A stretch of 63,594 nucleotides of DNA, filler included, from Nemertoderma westbladi (Eukaryota > Animalia > Xenacoelomorpha): assembly GCA_032718475.1 (NCBI GenBank). It is 4 parts of 4 records of this genome, joined end to end, with 100 filler letters (N's around TTAATTAATTAA, not from the genome) between each part and the next. Parts side by side here need not be neighbours in the genome. Positions count along the whole stretch, not along the records: positions 1 to 17,651 come from JAUCBJ010004522.1; positions 17,752 to 37,876 come from JAUCBJ010004503.1; 2 more parts are not named here. The stretch is one strand, 5' to 3'. Positions 12,818 to 24,326 of the stretch are shown here, in pieces. The position numbers were made by a program, and so were the translations under genes. The stretch's first letter is position 1, and each line of letters begins with the position of its first letter. The notes under the pieces were generated by a model. It had not been told where the DNA came from. It was given only the letters and a program-made list of their open reading frames with translations, and ran no database searches.

Positions 12818-13118
12818 GTAATATATTGATACCATATCTAATTTTTTTGTTCTCACTCTGACATTGTGTTTTTTTTCCTTAATAATTTATACATTATCTT
12901 ACTCGTTGTATATTCGTTGGTCGGAAAACGACACCTCATAAAATGATACTGATTCCAGCATTGGGTATCGACTCAAAAACGAAAATCTGAGCTACGTGTC
13001 TCGCCCGATCTTTGTTTTTGAGTCGATACCTAATGTCGAACTCAGCATCATTTTTCTTAGGCGTCGTCTTCCGACCAAACACAATTTTAGAGTGAGAACT
13101 ATGGTGTCAATTTATTAC
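12818..13118 (+). ncRNA. Candidate ~300-nt structured RNA / long imperfect hairpin in the Polinton
   Basis: Nested complementary arms: 12818-12836/13100-13118, 12849-12871/13077-13099, TTGGTCGGAA(12917)/TTCCGACCAA, and CATTGGGTATCGACTCAAAAAC/GTTTTTGAGTCGATACCTAATG. No ORF. The structure is seen; RNA function is inferred. Confidence 0.5.
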
Positions 13119-13178
13119 AGCAATACGGTTTAAAATTTATCACTTGTAATATTTTTCGTATTTATTATTATTATTATT

Positions 13179-14246
13179 ATGGCCTTAACGCAAAAAACCG
13201 GAGCAACAAATAGCTGGAAATTTACTTACAATAAATATACTTGTACCGTCGTTCACAGCAAGTATTTTATTGTGGAATCTCAGGAGGACAACGAATCAAT
13301 TTGTTTTTCCCATCAAGATACCCGCTATTTGTTAGACATTCTAGAAACAACCAACAACAACAACCAACATCAATCCAGACCAGCAATTATACCAGGTAGG
13401 ATATATCCCACTCCTCGTTTTGCGCGGGGAAATTTGAATATTTCCATCAACCCCACATCGGGTGATGTTTACGTTCAGAAACAAGGCAAATGTAAAGTTC
13501 TCAACAAAGCTTTTACTGAAGTTCTAATTCAATACAGAGGGAAATTATTGCAATTTCTCTCTCCACCGCTAGAGATTATTAGCGATCAATTCTACATTGA
13601 ATTATCAAATCCAGAGTTTATTGGATTTGTAACAGCTTTTAAAGGAACCAACTATGTTGGCTTATGGAAAATCAGCCTCAGATACATTGATAGTGTTGGT
13701 TTTAACTATTATACGGGTTTCAATTTGTCAAAACAGGAACTAACTGTTTTGCTGCGAGAGTGGGACAACCAAGTCGCTGAAACAGACAAGCATCTTTTTG
13801 ATAAAAATATCATTCAATTATCAGACCGTCTCAAAATGATTAAAACCAATAATAAAAAAATTATTATCACCAACACCGATAATTCTACGGAAGTAGGCGC
13901 CGGCGGAAATTCTATCGAGTTGCATTACTTGAATGATAAAGCCCATATTAGTTTTCTCAAAGAATCGCTGGATAGCGTTTCTCTTACTGAAGCCCACGTT
14001 GACGGCTTTGTCCTTTTGGATAAACCTAAAGCGTTCGTAGAGATCCCATCACCTAATCCGGATGTTGAAGAGAGCTGCTCTCAACCGCAACAGGTCTTTC
14101 CTGAAATATTACCTCGGAAGCCAAGATCATCGAGTAAATTTACCAACACATCACCTGCAAAGAAACAGAAAGTTGTCAGTAACCCAGTTCTAGTAGAGCC
14201 TGTTACTAATTCTCCATGGAAACCAGATTATTATCCTAACATGTAA
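13179..14246 (+). CDS. Polinton ORF, 355 aa, with a probable PC4-like ssDNA-binding fold and a basic NLS-like C-terminus
   Basis: Intact ORF. Segment FIGFVTAFKGTNYVGLWK...YTGFNLSKQELTVL resembles the PC4 pattern (V.V..FKG...hDIR...KGI.L...Q...L). PAKKQK near the C-terminus. Confidence 0.65.
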   Translation: MALTQKTGATNSWKFTYNKYTCTVVHSKYFIVESQEDNESICFSHQDTRYLLDILETTNNNNQHQSRPAIIPGRIYPTPRFARGNLNISINPTSGDVYVQKQGKCKVLNKAFTEVLIQYRGKLLQFLSPPLEIISDQFYIELSNPEFIGFVTAFKGTNYVGLWKISLRYIDSVGFNYYTGFNLSKQELTVLLREWDNQVAETDKHLFDKNIIQLSDRLKMIKTNNKKIIITNTDNSTEVGAGGNSIELHYLNDKAHISFLKESLDSVSLTEAHVDGFVLLDKPKAFVEIPSPNPDVEESCSQPQQVFPEILPRKPRSSSKFTNTSPAKKQKVVSNPVLVEPVTNSPWKPDYYPNM

Positions 14247-14277
14247 GCCTAATCATAAGTTAAACTCTTTGCGGTTT

Positions 14278-14370
14278 CCAATAGTCATAAGCGATTGGTG
14301 ATTGGTTTAAAATTATTTCACTCGCTAGCATATAAATGTTTAGATGTAGTCAATATCATATCATTTCATT
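14278..14370 (+). promoter_or_regulatory. Pol II core promoter of the PolB gene
   Basis: CCAAT/ATTGG boxes at 14278-14305, TATAAA at 14331 and initiator-like TCATTT at 14361, exactly 30 nt later. Confidence 0.55.
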
Positions 14371-14429
14371 TTATTTTAATTTTTGGAGATATTTTATTAT
14401 TATTATTATTTATCTAAACAAACTTCAAC

Positions 14430-17400
14430 ATGGATAAAATAACAATATGTTGTTCATTCTGTCATATGAATGTAACTAGACATAATTATTTACGCCACCT
14501 ACGCTCACATTTTGAAGGTTATTCTTGTTTAAAGTGTCATGTCGTGACTTCATGCAGTGAAATTTGTAAACGACATGAAACGACTACTGGTTGTAAAGAA
14601 ATGCAGTTCCGCACCTATCAATTGACTTGTTCTACTTGTAATAAAGAGTATACATATGACGATTATCTACGACACGACTGTCACTTGAAATGTTACTACA
14701 CAAGAAAGCGTAAATTTTCGCAACGTAAAAATATAATATCCAGAAAAAACTTAAGGGTGGCTCTTGGCACATGCGCAACAATTTTTACGAGGGAACAAGA
14801 AGCTCACGATAATCGTCTTGAAATTTATGTCCACGACCTCCCAACTTCTAGAGATTATCCCGATGTAGAAACAGCATTAACGCAAATTCGAGGTAATATT
14901 CTTCAGTTAATATTAGACAGATTGAAAGAAATGAATGTTCTTAGACTGTGGTTAGGTCTAAATGTATTAATGTACAGATCACATTTTTCACAAGGTGAAC
15001 AATTGGAAACCTTTTATTTTAATTCTTCCGGTGGTGCTATTAATACTGTAGATTCGCCGCAAAGTTTTGACACATGGTTTGAGTATGTTTTGGAAAATAT
15101 ATTACAAAAAATAGCCATCTTTAACACACGTGGTTCGGGGTGGCGTATTAAATCTTTATTAAGGGTTGAAATTAAATTAGCTGAATCTAAGTGTAGCTCG
15201 TTACTATATAAGGGGCATGGATATATGGAATTACCTAAGGCTTTATCAGTTAAAAAATGTGTTATAAATGTACAATCGGCTGATAATAACTGTTTTAAAT
15301 GGGCAATTATATCCGCAAAATTTAGTAGCAAAGTGAAGATAAACAAAAACCGTACTTCATCGTACAAAAATTATATGAGTCATTTCATTTTTGACAATGG
15401 GAACAAAGATTATCCAACGCAGTGGCAGTTAGTTATTAAACTTTTTGAAAAACAAAATTCAAAATATATAATTAATTTATTATGTTGGAATAACGACAAC
15501 AAACGCACCCCGGTATCTATATTAAGACAACCCCCGTTTAGTAAAATTACACCCGATAAACAGTTATTAAATATATTACTTGTAGTAAAAAATAACAATG
15601 TACCTAAACAGAATCATTATGTTTGCATAACTAACTTGAATCGATTACTGAATACGAAAGCTCTTCATATCCAAAATAGGAAATATTGCGAAAGGTGTTT
15701 GGCTCATTTTTTTCAAGCGGAAGTTCTTCATCAACACCGTCTTGCATGCTACCAAGGAAGAAGTCAGCGTGAGAAACTACCTAAAAAAAGAACACACATT
15801 AGTTTTACAAATTTAGATAGAACCTTATCCCCATTGTTTGTCACCTACTTTGATATAGAATGTATCTTACAACCGTCAGTTAATAATCAAATTATACAGG
15901 AGCATATACCGTGTGCTGTGTGTTATTTAATTGTTCCCAATACTGAATTAATTGACCCTCCAAAATGTCATTTGAAAACATTTGTAAAGACAAATAATAA
16001 TAATTGTATTCAAGATTTCTTAGATTCATTATATACTGATATAACTGAATTATGTTGTTGGTCAGACATATACACTCATAAAACTATGTCATTTACTAAT
16101 ATTGATTTTGTAAATTTTGAACAAGCAAAATTTTGTTTTTATTGTAATGTTACTTTAAATAATAAAGTAGGGAAAAACAGACATCATTCACATATTACAG
16201 GTAAATATATTGAGGCAGCCTGTAATAGTTGTAACCGAAGTTTATCATTGAAACGATACCTGTATGTACTTTGCGGACACAATTCCAACAACTATGATAT
16301 ACATTGTATATTACAAAGCGGATTTAGAGATAAGAAATACACTGATTGGGATATAAAGGTTATACCGAGAAATACAGAACGATATATTTCACTGAGTGCC
16401 TTTATCCCAATTAAAAACACTTCTAAGAAAATTGAGTTACGTTTCTTAGACACATATCAATTTTTAAGCTTTTCTTTAAGTAATTTAGTTGAGTGTTCAA
16501 CAAAGGATGTAGCCAGTCATGATATAAGCTCAATTTTACCTATTACTCTACAAGAAATGAAATATTTTTATCCAAACTTGAATAACTCAACGATTAAACG
16601 GAAAGGAGTATTTCCATACGAGTACTTGACAGATATAAATAAATTTAATGATACTGGTTTGCCGTCTATAAATAATTTTTTTAGTAACTTAAGTCAAAAA
16701 ACATGCACAATTGAAGATTATAGGTTTGCGGGAATATCATGGGTAGAATTCGACTGTGTGAATCTCAAAGATTATCTTTTAGCCTATTTAAAACTCGATG
16801 TTTGTTTGCTTGCCGATATATTTGAGAATTTTAGGAATGTTTGTAAACAAAATTACGATTTAGAAGCGGTTTTTTACTGCAGTATCGTGTCATTTACCTA
16901 TGATTGCGCGCTAAAATATAATAAATGTAAAATAGAATTAATAAAGGATTATCAGACATATAGAGATTTTGAAAAATCAATTAGGGGTGGTGTTTCATTT
17001 TGTCGAAAACATTATATAGAATCAAATATACCAGGTACAAGTACATATGATTCTACTAAGGAAGAATGCCACATTTTTAATATTGATTTCAACTCTTTAT
17101 ATTCTGGGAATTTAAGTAAAAAACTACCCACCTCACAATTCAAAGAAGTAAGTATTAAACATTTAGAGAATGCAATACCAGAAAAACTAATCGAGTACTT
17201 GGTAGATTTAGACATTGAGGGATCTACTGGATATTTTTTAATATGTGATTTAAATTATCCCAAGGCTATTCACGATCAAACATTACAATTACCGTTAGCC
17301 CCCGAGCATTTAAGTATAAATGAATCAATGCTTTCACCTTATATGCGGGAACAATTTAATAACTTGTCGATACAAAGAGATACCTCCCGTAAATATAGAA

Positions 17401-17651
17401 TGTCTATACCAAAACTCATGCTGACACAATTTGATAAAGAGTTTTATCATTTACATTTGAAACTGTTAAAATTTTATATAAAACATGGATTAATTGTTAC
17501 TAAACTACATAAATTATATTCTTTTCAACAAGAATTTGTATTTAAAAATTACATCGATTTTAATATTAATCAAAGGCGACTGGCAAAAAGTTATATTGAA
17601 ACAGCTGTCGCGAAATTGCTCAATAATTCGCTGTTTGGCAAATCAATAGAG
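14430..17651 (+). CDS. Protein-primed family B DNA polymerase (pPolB) polyprotein, 3' end missing in the gap
   Basis: N-terminal Zn-finger-like motifs; GSGW; OTU-like DNNCFKW...HYVCI; ExoI FDIEC; HNH/EndoVII-like CFYC...HHSHITGKYIEAACNSCN; ExoII HNSNNYD; RKGVFPYEY; ExoIII YLKLDV; SIRGG; motif A DFNSLYS; motif B KLLNNSLFGK. No stops over >1070 codons. Confidence 0.95.
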
Positions 17652-17751
17652 NNNNNNNNNNNNNNNNNNNNNNNNNNNNNNNNNNNNNNNNNNNNTTAAT
17701 TAATTAANNNNNNNNNNNNNNNNNNNNNNNNNNNNNNNNNNNNNNNNNNNN
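17652..17751. other. Assembly spacer (N44-TTAATTAATTAA-N44)
   Basis: 100-nt gap with a six-frame-stop linker, identical to the other two gaps. Confidence 0.97.
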
Positions 17752-19607
17752 CTGCTAACCAGACACGCTACACGCTATTATACCAAACGTTTGTTTATAT
17801 GCTTGAATCATGTTGACATGTTTTTTTTCTAAACTTGTTTTAATCAACATGTTATTTTAACATCTAAATAACATAATATCCAATCATGTTATAATCAAAC
17901 ATTTGTTGATCACGTTTTAATGATACCTAAATGTAACATGTTTTATCATGTAATTATTTAACATTTGTTTTACATGTTATTGTGTAACATAAATCATACA
18001 TGTTTATTCCAGCTGTTTGTTAAATGCTACTTTGTCGTGTTGAACAAACGTCCTGCACATCATTGCCAATATGTCTTAAGGCTGTTTGAATAAACCGCCT
18101 AAAATTTACCGCCAAATTCGTTTATAGGCCTATAAATCATGCAGCAGTGCATGCAGTACATCAGTCAGTCAGTAGACACTCCACTGCCTGCCCCAGCCTA
18201 CCAGCACCCTCTCCATGCACTCCAGCCACATTCTGAGAGCTTGACAGTAGTGCTGCAGTGTGTAGGCCAGCTGTTTACTGGTTTAAGTGCTGCAATAGGG
18301 TTGACCATACTGCCATATGTTTGTTTACTGCCGTATGCCTATATTAACTGTTTAAGTTATTTTTAATTAAGCTTCATACTGTCTGACTGTCATATAAAAT
18401 GATAAATCTTTTTATATTATACATTATATGTTATATAGGCCTACATAACATATATAATACATAATATATGTCATATACATTATATATTATTTATGTACAT
18501 TATATAGGCCTAGCAGCCTAGCCTAATTGTATTGTAATACCAGAATACAGTAATATGTCTGTATGTAATGCAGTCAGGCAGTGCAGTGCCAGTAATTCGA
18601 TGACGACGACAGTTTAGATTGGGCTCTGTCTTCCTGGCGCTGGTTGGTCGAAACAACAGGCAAGCGGCAAGGGCTGCACTGGCAGACTGGAAAAATATTA
18701 TGGCCTCCTCGAAATGCCGGCCTACTGTTACCGGTACGTTGGAAAGAATTTTCGAATCCAGATCTTCTGTCAACTGTCAAGTTGGCCCACATTTAATGCG
18801 AAGGTTCTTCACTTAACAGGTTTGTATTGAACTTGAATAGGCTTCTTACACATCGTTATTTCAGTGATTCAAGTGATTAAAATCCTAATCCTGTAATCTA
18901 TTTGGATCAAATAGAGGGAAAAAGCGCCGGCGGCCGGAAGTAAATTACACATGCGGTCCCAGGCAGCCAGCTAAAGATACGCATCAGATTCTGGCGATGA
19001 GGTTATTATTTTACTTACTACTAGGCCTTGCTGTTAGGTTTGGCCCACTTGGTACTTTGGGCCGTTTATAAATCGTCAGAGCGTGCATATGTATACTGTA
19101 ATTTAAAATAAAACATGCCTTACTCTGGCTATCTATGGTAGGTAAGTAAATGTTTGCTTTATTTTTTACTCATTTCCTCTTTATAAACCAGTCCCCAGTG
19201 CAGTGGCAATGTGAAACAGTCTGTGATGGGTTGTGGTGACTTGTGCACGTTGATCTAATTGCTCCAATGCTACATATGTATATATATTATTATCATTTTA
19301 GGTGGAATATATGAGCGACAATGAATCCAATCATGTTTCCAATACGATACTCACACTGATTACCCAGACAACTAACAATACGTTGATCATTGATACTCAG
19401 AGGTGAAGCCTCTCCCTCTATCTACAACCTAACCCTATTCTAAGACAACACTAAACTCTAGACTTACCTAACCAAACCCTTTCACTAAGCTACCACTATA
19501 TATCCCATGGCGATATTTTCTCGAAATATTTTTCCAGTCTCGATGTTTTATATATCGAGACGCTTTTTTATACTTTTGGAAGCAGAGACAGAAGTTGGGC
19601 GAGACAG

Positions 19608-20955
19608 AAGTCACAGCCACTCAATGCAATGTCACAACCACTCAATGCTATGTCACAGCCGCTCAATGCTATGTCACAGCCGCTCAATGCTATGTCACAG
19701 CCACTCAAAGCTATGTCACAGACACTCAACGCTATGTCACAGCCACTCAACGCTATCTCACAGGCGCTCAATGCCATGTCACAGCCACTCAATGCAATGT
19801 CACAACCACTCAATACTATGTCACAGCCGCTCAATGCTATGTCACAGCCGCTCAATGCTATGTCATACCCACTCAACGCTATGCCACAGCCACCCAACGC
19901 TATGTCACAGCCACAGCCACTCAACGCTATCTCACAGGCGCTCAATGCCATGTCACAGCCACTCAACGCTATGTCACAACCACGCAATGCTATGCCACAG
20001 CCACCCAACGCTATGTCACAGCCACTCAACGCTATGTCACAGACACTCAACGCTATGTCACAGCCACTCAACGTATTGTCACAGCCACCCAACGCTTTGT
20101 CACAACAACCACTCAACCGCTATGCCACACTGCCACAGCCACCCAACGCTATGTCACATCACAACCACCCAACGCTATGTCACAGCCGCCCAATGCTATG
20201 TCACATCCACTCAATGCTTTGTCACAGCCACTCAAAGCTATGTCACAGCCACTCAACGCTATGTCACAGCCACTCAACGCTATGTCACAGCCAATCAACG
20301 CTAGCCACCCAACGTTATGTCACAGCCAATCAACGCTATGTCACAGCCACTCAATGCTATGCCACAGTCACCCAACGCTATGTCACAGCCGCCCAATGCT
20401 ATGTCACAGCCGCTCAACGCTATGCCACAGCCACCCAACGCTATGTCACATCACAACCACCCAACGCTATGTCACAGCTGCTCAATGCTATGTCACAGCC
20501 GCTCAATGCTATGTCACAGCCACTCAAAGCTATGTCACAGCCACTCAACGCTATGTCACAGCCAATCAACGCTATGTCACAGCCACTCAATGCTATGCCA
20601 CAGCCACCCAACGCTATGTCACAGCCGCTCAATGCTATGTCACAGCCGATCAATGCGTCACAGCCGCTCAATGCTTTGTCACAGCCACTCAAAGCTATGT
20701 CACAGCCACTCAACGCTATGTCACAGTTACTCAACGCTATGTCACAGCCACTCAACGCTATGCCACAGCCACTCAATTCTATGCCACAGCCACCCAACGC
20801 TATGTCACAGTCACCCAACGCTGGCCACCCATCGCTGGCCACCCAACGCTGTGTCACAGTCACCCAACGCTGGCCACCCATCGCTGGCCACCCAACGCTG
20901 TGTCACAGTCACCCAACGCTGGCCACAGCTATGTCACAGCGACAGCCACTCAACA
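19608..20955. repeat. 21-bp minisatellite (ATGTCACAGCCACTCAACGCT), roughly 60 copies
   Basis: Direct tandem repeats. Explains the overlapping repetitive ORFs on both strands. Confidence 0.97.
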
Positions 20956-21180
20956 ATTCCCCATTTATTTTTATTTAGGTTTACATCTTGTAGATACCGG
21001 TAATGAATGACACGAATAGCCAACGAAGATATTAATGAAATAACATTTCTTTAACAGATATTTATTGCAGATGATGAAGTCTTAGTTTAATATAGTCCTA
21101 GTCCGAGCCTTATATTTTTTTAACACAAATAAATTAATTTTCCAGATCCAAGATACGGGAAAGTTATTCCACTTTGCTAG

Positions 21181-21348
21181 CGACGGATATCCTTGGTGGA
21201 ACGGACTCCGGATTCAGTGATATCGACGGATCCTTGGCTGAACGGACTCCGGATTCAGTGATATCGACGGATCCTTGGCTGAACGGACTCCGGATTCAGT
21301 GATATCGACGGATCCTTGGCGGAACGGACTCCGGATTCAGTGATATCG
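21181..21348. repeat. 41-bp tandem repeat, ~4 copies
   Basis: GATATCGACGGATCCTTGGCTGAACGGACTCCGGATTCAGT at 21219, 21260, 21301 plus a partial first copy. Confidence 0.95.
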
Positions 21349-21501
21349 CTGTGGCTGAAACTGAATGATCAATGTAACTGAAAACTCCCCGTAACGTCCC
21401 AACATTGTTGTTTTAATTGTAATTTGTTTTATCGTAAATGTTAATTGTTGTCTATTTTACAATGTATTGCCCCGGGGTGGGTGGGGGGGGGGGGGGGGGG
21501 G

Positions 21502-21729
21502 GGGGGGAAACTGGACGCAATAAAACTGCATCCCTCTCCAGGGGAAATTCGACGCAAATAACAGATGATTTCTCTCAAAAATAAAACTGTAACCTGTTCT
21601 ATTGTGTTTAGTTAATTGTTTTGGTTAAAATAATGTGCCACTGTAACCTGCTCCTTTCCCTAAATTGAGAATTTAACATTGAGGCGGGATATTAATTCGC
21701 CAAGATGAGATTTGCGTCCAGTTTCCCCC
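21502..21729. mobile_element. Small MITE
   Basis: GGGGGAAACTGGACGCAA ... TTGCGTCCAGTTTCCCCC inverted ends. Internal GTAACCTGCTCCTTTCC motif recurs at ~31200-31410 and ~33240-33390. Confidence 0.7.
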
Positions 21730-22604
21730 TTGTCTCCAATTTTGGAACATTGAAGTGAACAGGGAAATTTTTGAAACTATTTATTATATTTCAATATTGG
21801 ATAATAATTTCCTTTGTGCTCTGATGGATAGCCCATAAAATTTTAGGAAAAGTCACAGAATCTCGGTTTTCACAACATATCTGTTTCAAAGATACAGATT
21901 AATTTCAAAAAAATTTAAATGACCCTCACCCACCCCCCCCCCCCCCCCCCCAGGCCAAATAGCGTTTAACAAGGCTGCGGTTGGTCTATATTATTACAGT
22001 TCAAATGGAATTTTGTTTCATTTTTGTATATACCGTACAATTTTACTTAAAGTTTGTGCAATGCAGTTCATTTGTTTAATGGTTGTTGTTGTTATTGTGA
22101 ACAATAACACTAGTTTTTAGGTGGTTAAGTTGTGCTGTACTGGCTACTACTACCTTGTGCTTAATAATATTCATGTTTTACACATAAATTATCTTCTTAA
22201 TTCGAACAATTGCATACCATGAGAACAATCCGGTGGTCGAATCAATGGATGACCAAATTAGTGTAGAGAATAACGATTTACAACGTTTAAAACAAACGTT
22301 TTCTTTGCATTAAAAAAACGTATATTTCCAAGCAATTTCGAAAGAACCGACGCATGATTCACGTTAGTTACACATGCTAGACACACGTTTAATTCAAACG
22401 TCATAAAGAACCGGCGATTGAGTAACGTTTGTTTCATGCTATTTACACGTTTACTTCTAAACGTTTATTACATGCCACCCGCTTGGACAAAATAACATGA
22501 AAATAATCTATTTCTGGACGTGTTGCAAACGTTTTTTCAAACGTTTGCCATGTTCAATAAAAATGTGATATAAACGTTAAAATAACATGAAATTGTTATC
22601 AGGG

Positions 22605-24170
22605 TAGCTATTATGGTTTCAGAACATATATCACTAACTGATCTGTCAGGTGCCTCAGCTATAACATCTGTGAACAATGTTGGTGAAACTAGTTCCAAGT
22701 CTTGCGAAACTTGTTCTTCTACTTCCAATAACTGTTCCAGATTATTTAAATCTAAATCCAGTGCAATTTGTGGGTGTGATGTAATTCCAGTTGAAGTGCT
22801 TGGCTGTGGCTCCAACGTATCATGAACTAAAGTTAATGACTCATGGTCTGGTATAGGCCTATCTAGGTCAAGAATCTCAGGTCCCGATCCTGGACTTGAC
22901 AGGATGGAAGGGCTACTTATTGCTATCTGAGGTGATAGGATAGCAGATGGTGAATCTATGTCATCTGTAGCATCATCATCATCACAAACTGCAACAGACA
23001 ACTTCAGCTTTTGTATCGCTATTGCATTGCGATCTACAGGGTATAGACCCGATTTTCGGAATCCAGAGATTATGTAGTCCGGTTTGCGCAGAAATGATTC
23101 TGAGAACAGTTGGTTCAATAGAGTTGGAAACATTTCTTTCTTTACTGTTGAGAGACGACTTTCTCGGTAAAAAGTTTTTAAAACCTTATACCAGTGTTTT
23201 TTGGCTGGACCGAAGACACCAACATCTAGAGGCTGTAATGCACTTGATGATTTCGGTGGTAATGCTACGATATGGACATCTTGTTCCTTTGCTTTCAGTG
23301 CTGGTTCATACGACATGTGTGATCCATGCCCATCGTAAAATAATATCATTGGCTTTGGCTTGTTTTTAACATATTCCAGAAAAACAGTAACAAACCATGT
23401 TTCAAAGCTGTGTCCCTCCATCCATCCACTTTGTGTTACATTGTAGGTTGTCCCCTTAGGCCCTCCCTGGAGCCATGTCACTACCATTCCGCCTCTTTCT
23501 GAGACTTTACCTTTATATAAGACATATGGTGGCATGTATGTCCCAGATGCATTTCCACAGAAGAGAACGCTGAAACTGGTTTTGCCTTCACTGGGAAGGA
23601 TATACTGTGCATCTCTAGTTCCCAACCTGTAAAAGCAATTCTTTGCCTTTGGGTCCAAATTGAGTCCAATCTCATCGAGGTTATAAAAGCGATTGGGGCA
23701 TTCAGCAATGTCTAATTTTGTCACTAGATTATTAACTAACTGAAAAAATTCATCCAAAACAGTTGGATTTAACCCTTTAGCCCTCCCAATTGTAACGTAT
23801 TCGGGCTTACGCTTACTAAGTATATTTGCATGCCTCCTCTCGAAAAGGCGAATCCAGGTGTATCCCGGGGTATTATTTTTAAACCTGTTTGCTTTTCCTG
23901 ATGCATCAAGGTATGTTTTGATAACATGAACCAATTGGTCCCGGGTCAGTGGCCAACCACATTCACCTAAGTAAATTAATGCGGCAACAACATATTTCTC
24001 AACCTCCTCTGATAACAATGGTGGTGCACCACGCCCAAAGTGGTTATGTCTACCTTCTTTCATTGGCCGTTTTCTCGATCCACTGAAATCATCTAGCACC
24101 CATCTAGCTGTCTAGATAGAGTACTTTTTGGTACCTTGTACCTCAATGCAACCTCACGCAACGATCCTTC
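22605..24170 (-). pseudogene. pogo/Fot1-like DDE_1 transposase (Tc1/mariner superfamily), frameshifted near the N-terminus and interrupted at the C-terminus
   Basis: psq-type HTH GSLREVALRYKVPKSTLSRW, CENP-B-type HTH (PGYTWIRLFERRH), catalytic NLDEIG / FYDGHGSH / LQPLDVGVFGPAK. An 8-bp insertion at 24108-24115 separates the HTH from the 520-aa ORF. Confidence 0.92.
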
Positions 24171-24259
24171 AAAGGACACAAATGCAGTAATTGGTAAATT
24201 TATACAAACAAACTACTGAATTAGCTGTAACTGTAAGCCAAACTGTCTGTCAAATACAC

Positions 24260-24326
24260 TAACTGTCCCAAATTTGAACATGCTGTCCCGAATTTGACCT
24301 GACCCGAATTTGAATAGTTTACCCTA
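24260..24326 (-). mobile_element. Probable 5' terminal inverted repeat of the pogo-like element
   Basis: On the minus strand TA|GGGTAAACTATTCAAATTCGGG followed by repeated TCAAATT(C/T)GGG motifs just upstream of the transposase. Partner end not in the contig. Confidence 0.55.

Larger units (their letters stand above)
11986..17651 (+). mobile_element. Left part of a Polinton/Maverick (adintovirus-like) element, truncated by the contig end
   Basis: Intact pPolB gene plus an upstream intronless ORF. Candidate terminus AGTAGTAGG at 11986 (Polinton ends are typically AGTAGT/AGAGAG-like), followed by imperfect subterminal direct repeats. The boundary is inferred. Confidence 0.75.
17752..22604. mobile_element. 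Probable non-autonomous CACTA/EnSpm-like element (CCC...GGG ends) inserted in the pogo transposase
   Basis: Right end GTTATCAGGG|TA versus contig start CTGCTAAC. Both ends carry dense AACATG/AAACGT subterminal motifs, including an exact 14-bp inverted match (17848-17861 / 22576-22589). Superfamily is inferred. Confidence 0.5.

Noticed and set aside
17696-17707. TTAATTAATTAA inside N runs (also 37921, 58125)
   Set aside because: Identical 100-nt six-frame-stop spacer, an assembly linker. It also creates the false stop of the PolB ORF.
19507-21010. Long Cys/His-, Gln/Pro- or Thr-rich ORFs in several frames
   Set aside because: By-product of a stop-free 21-bp repeat; not accepted as proteins without expression data.
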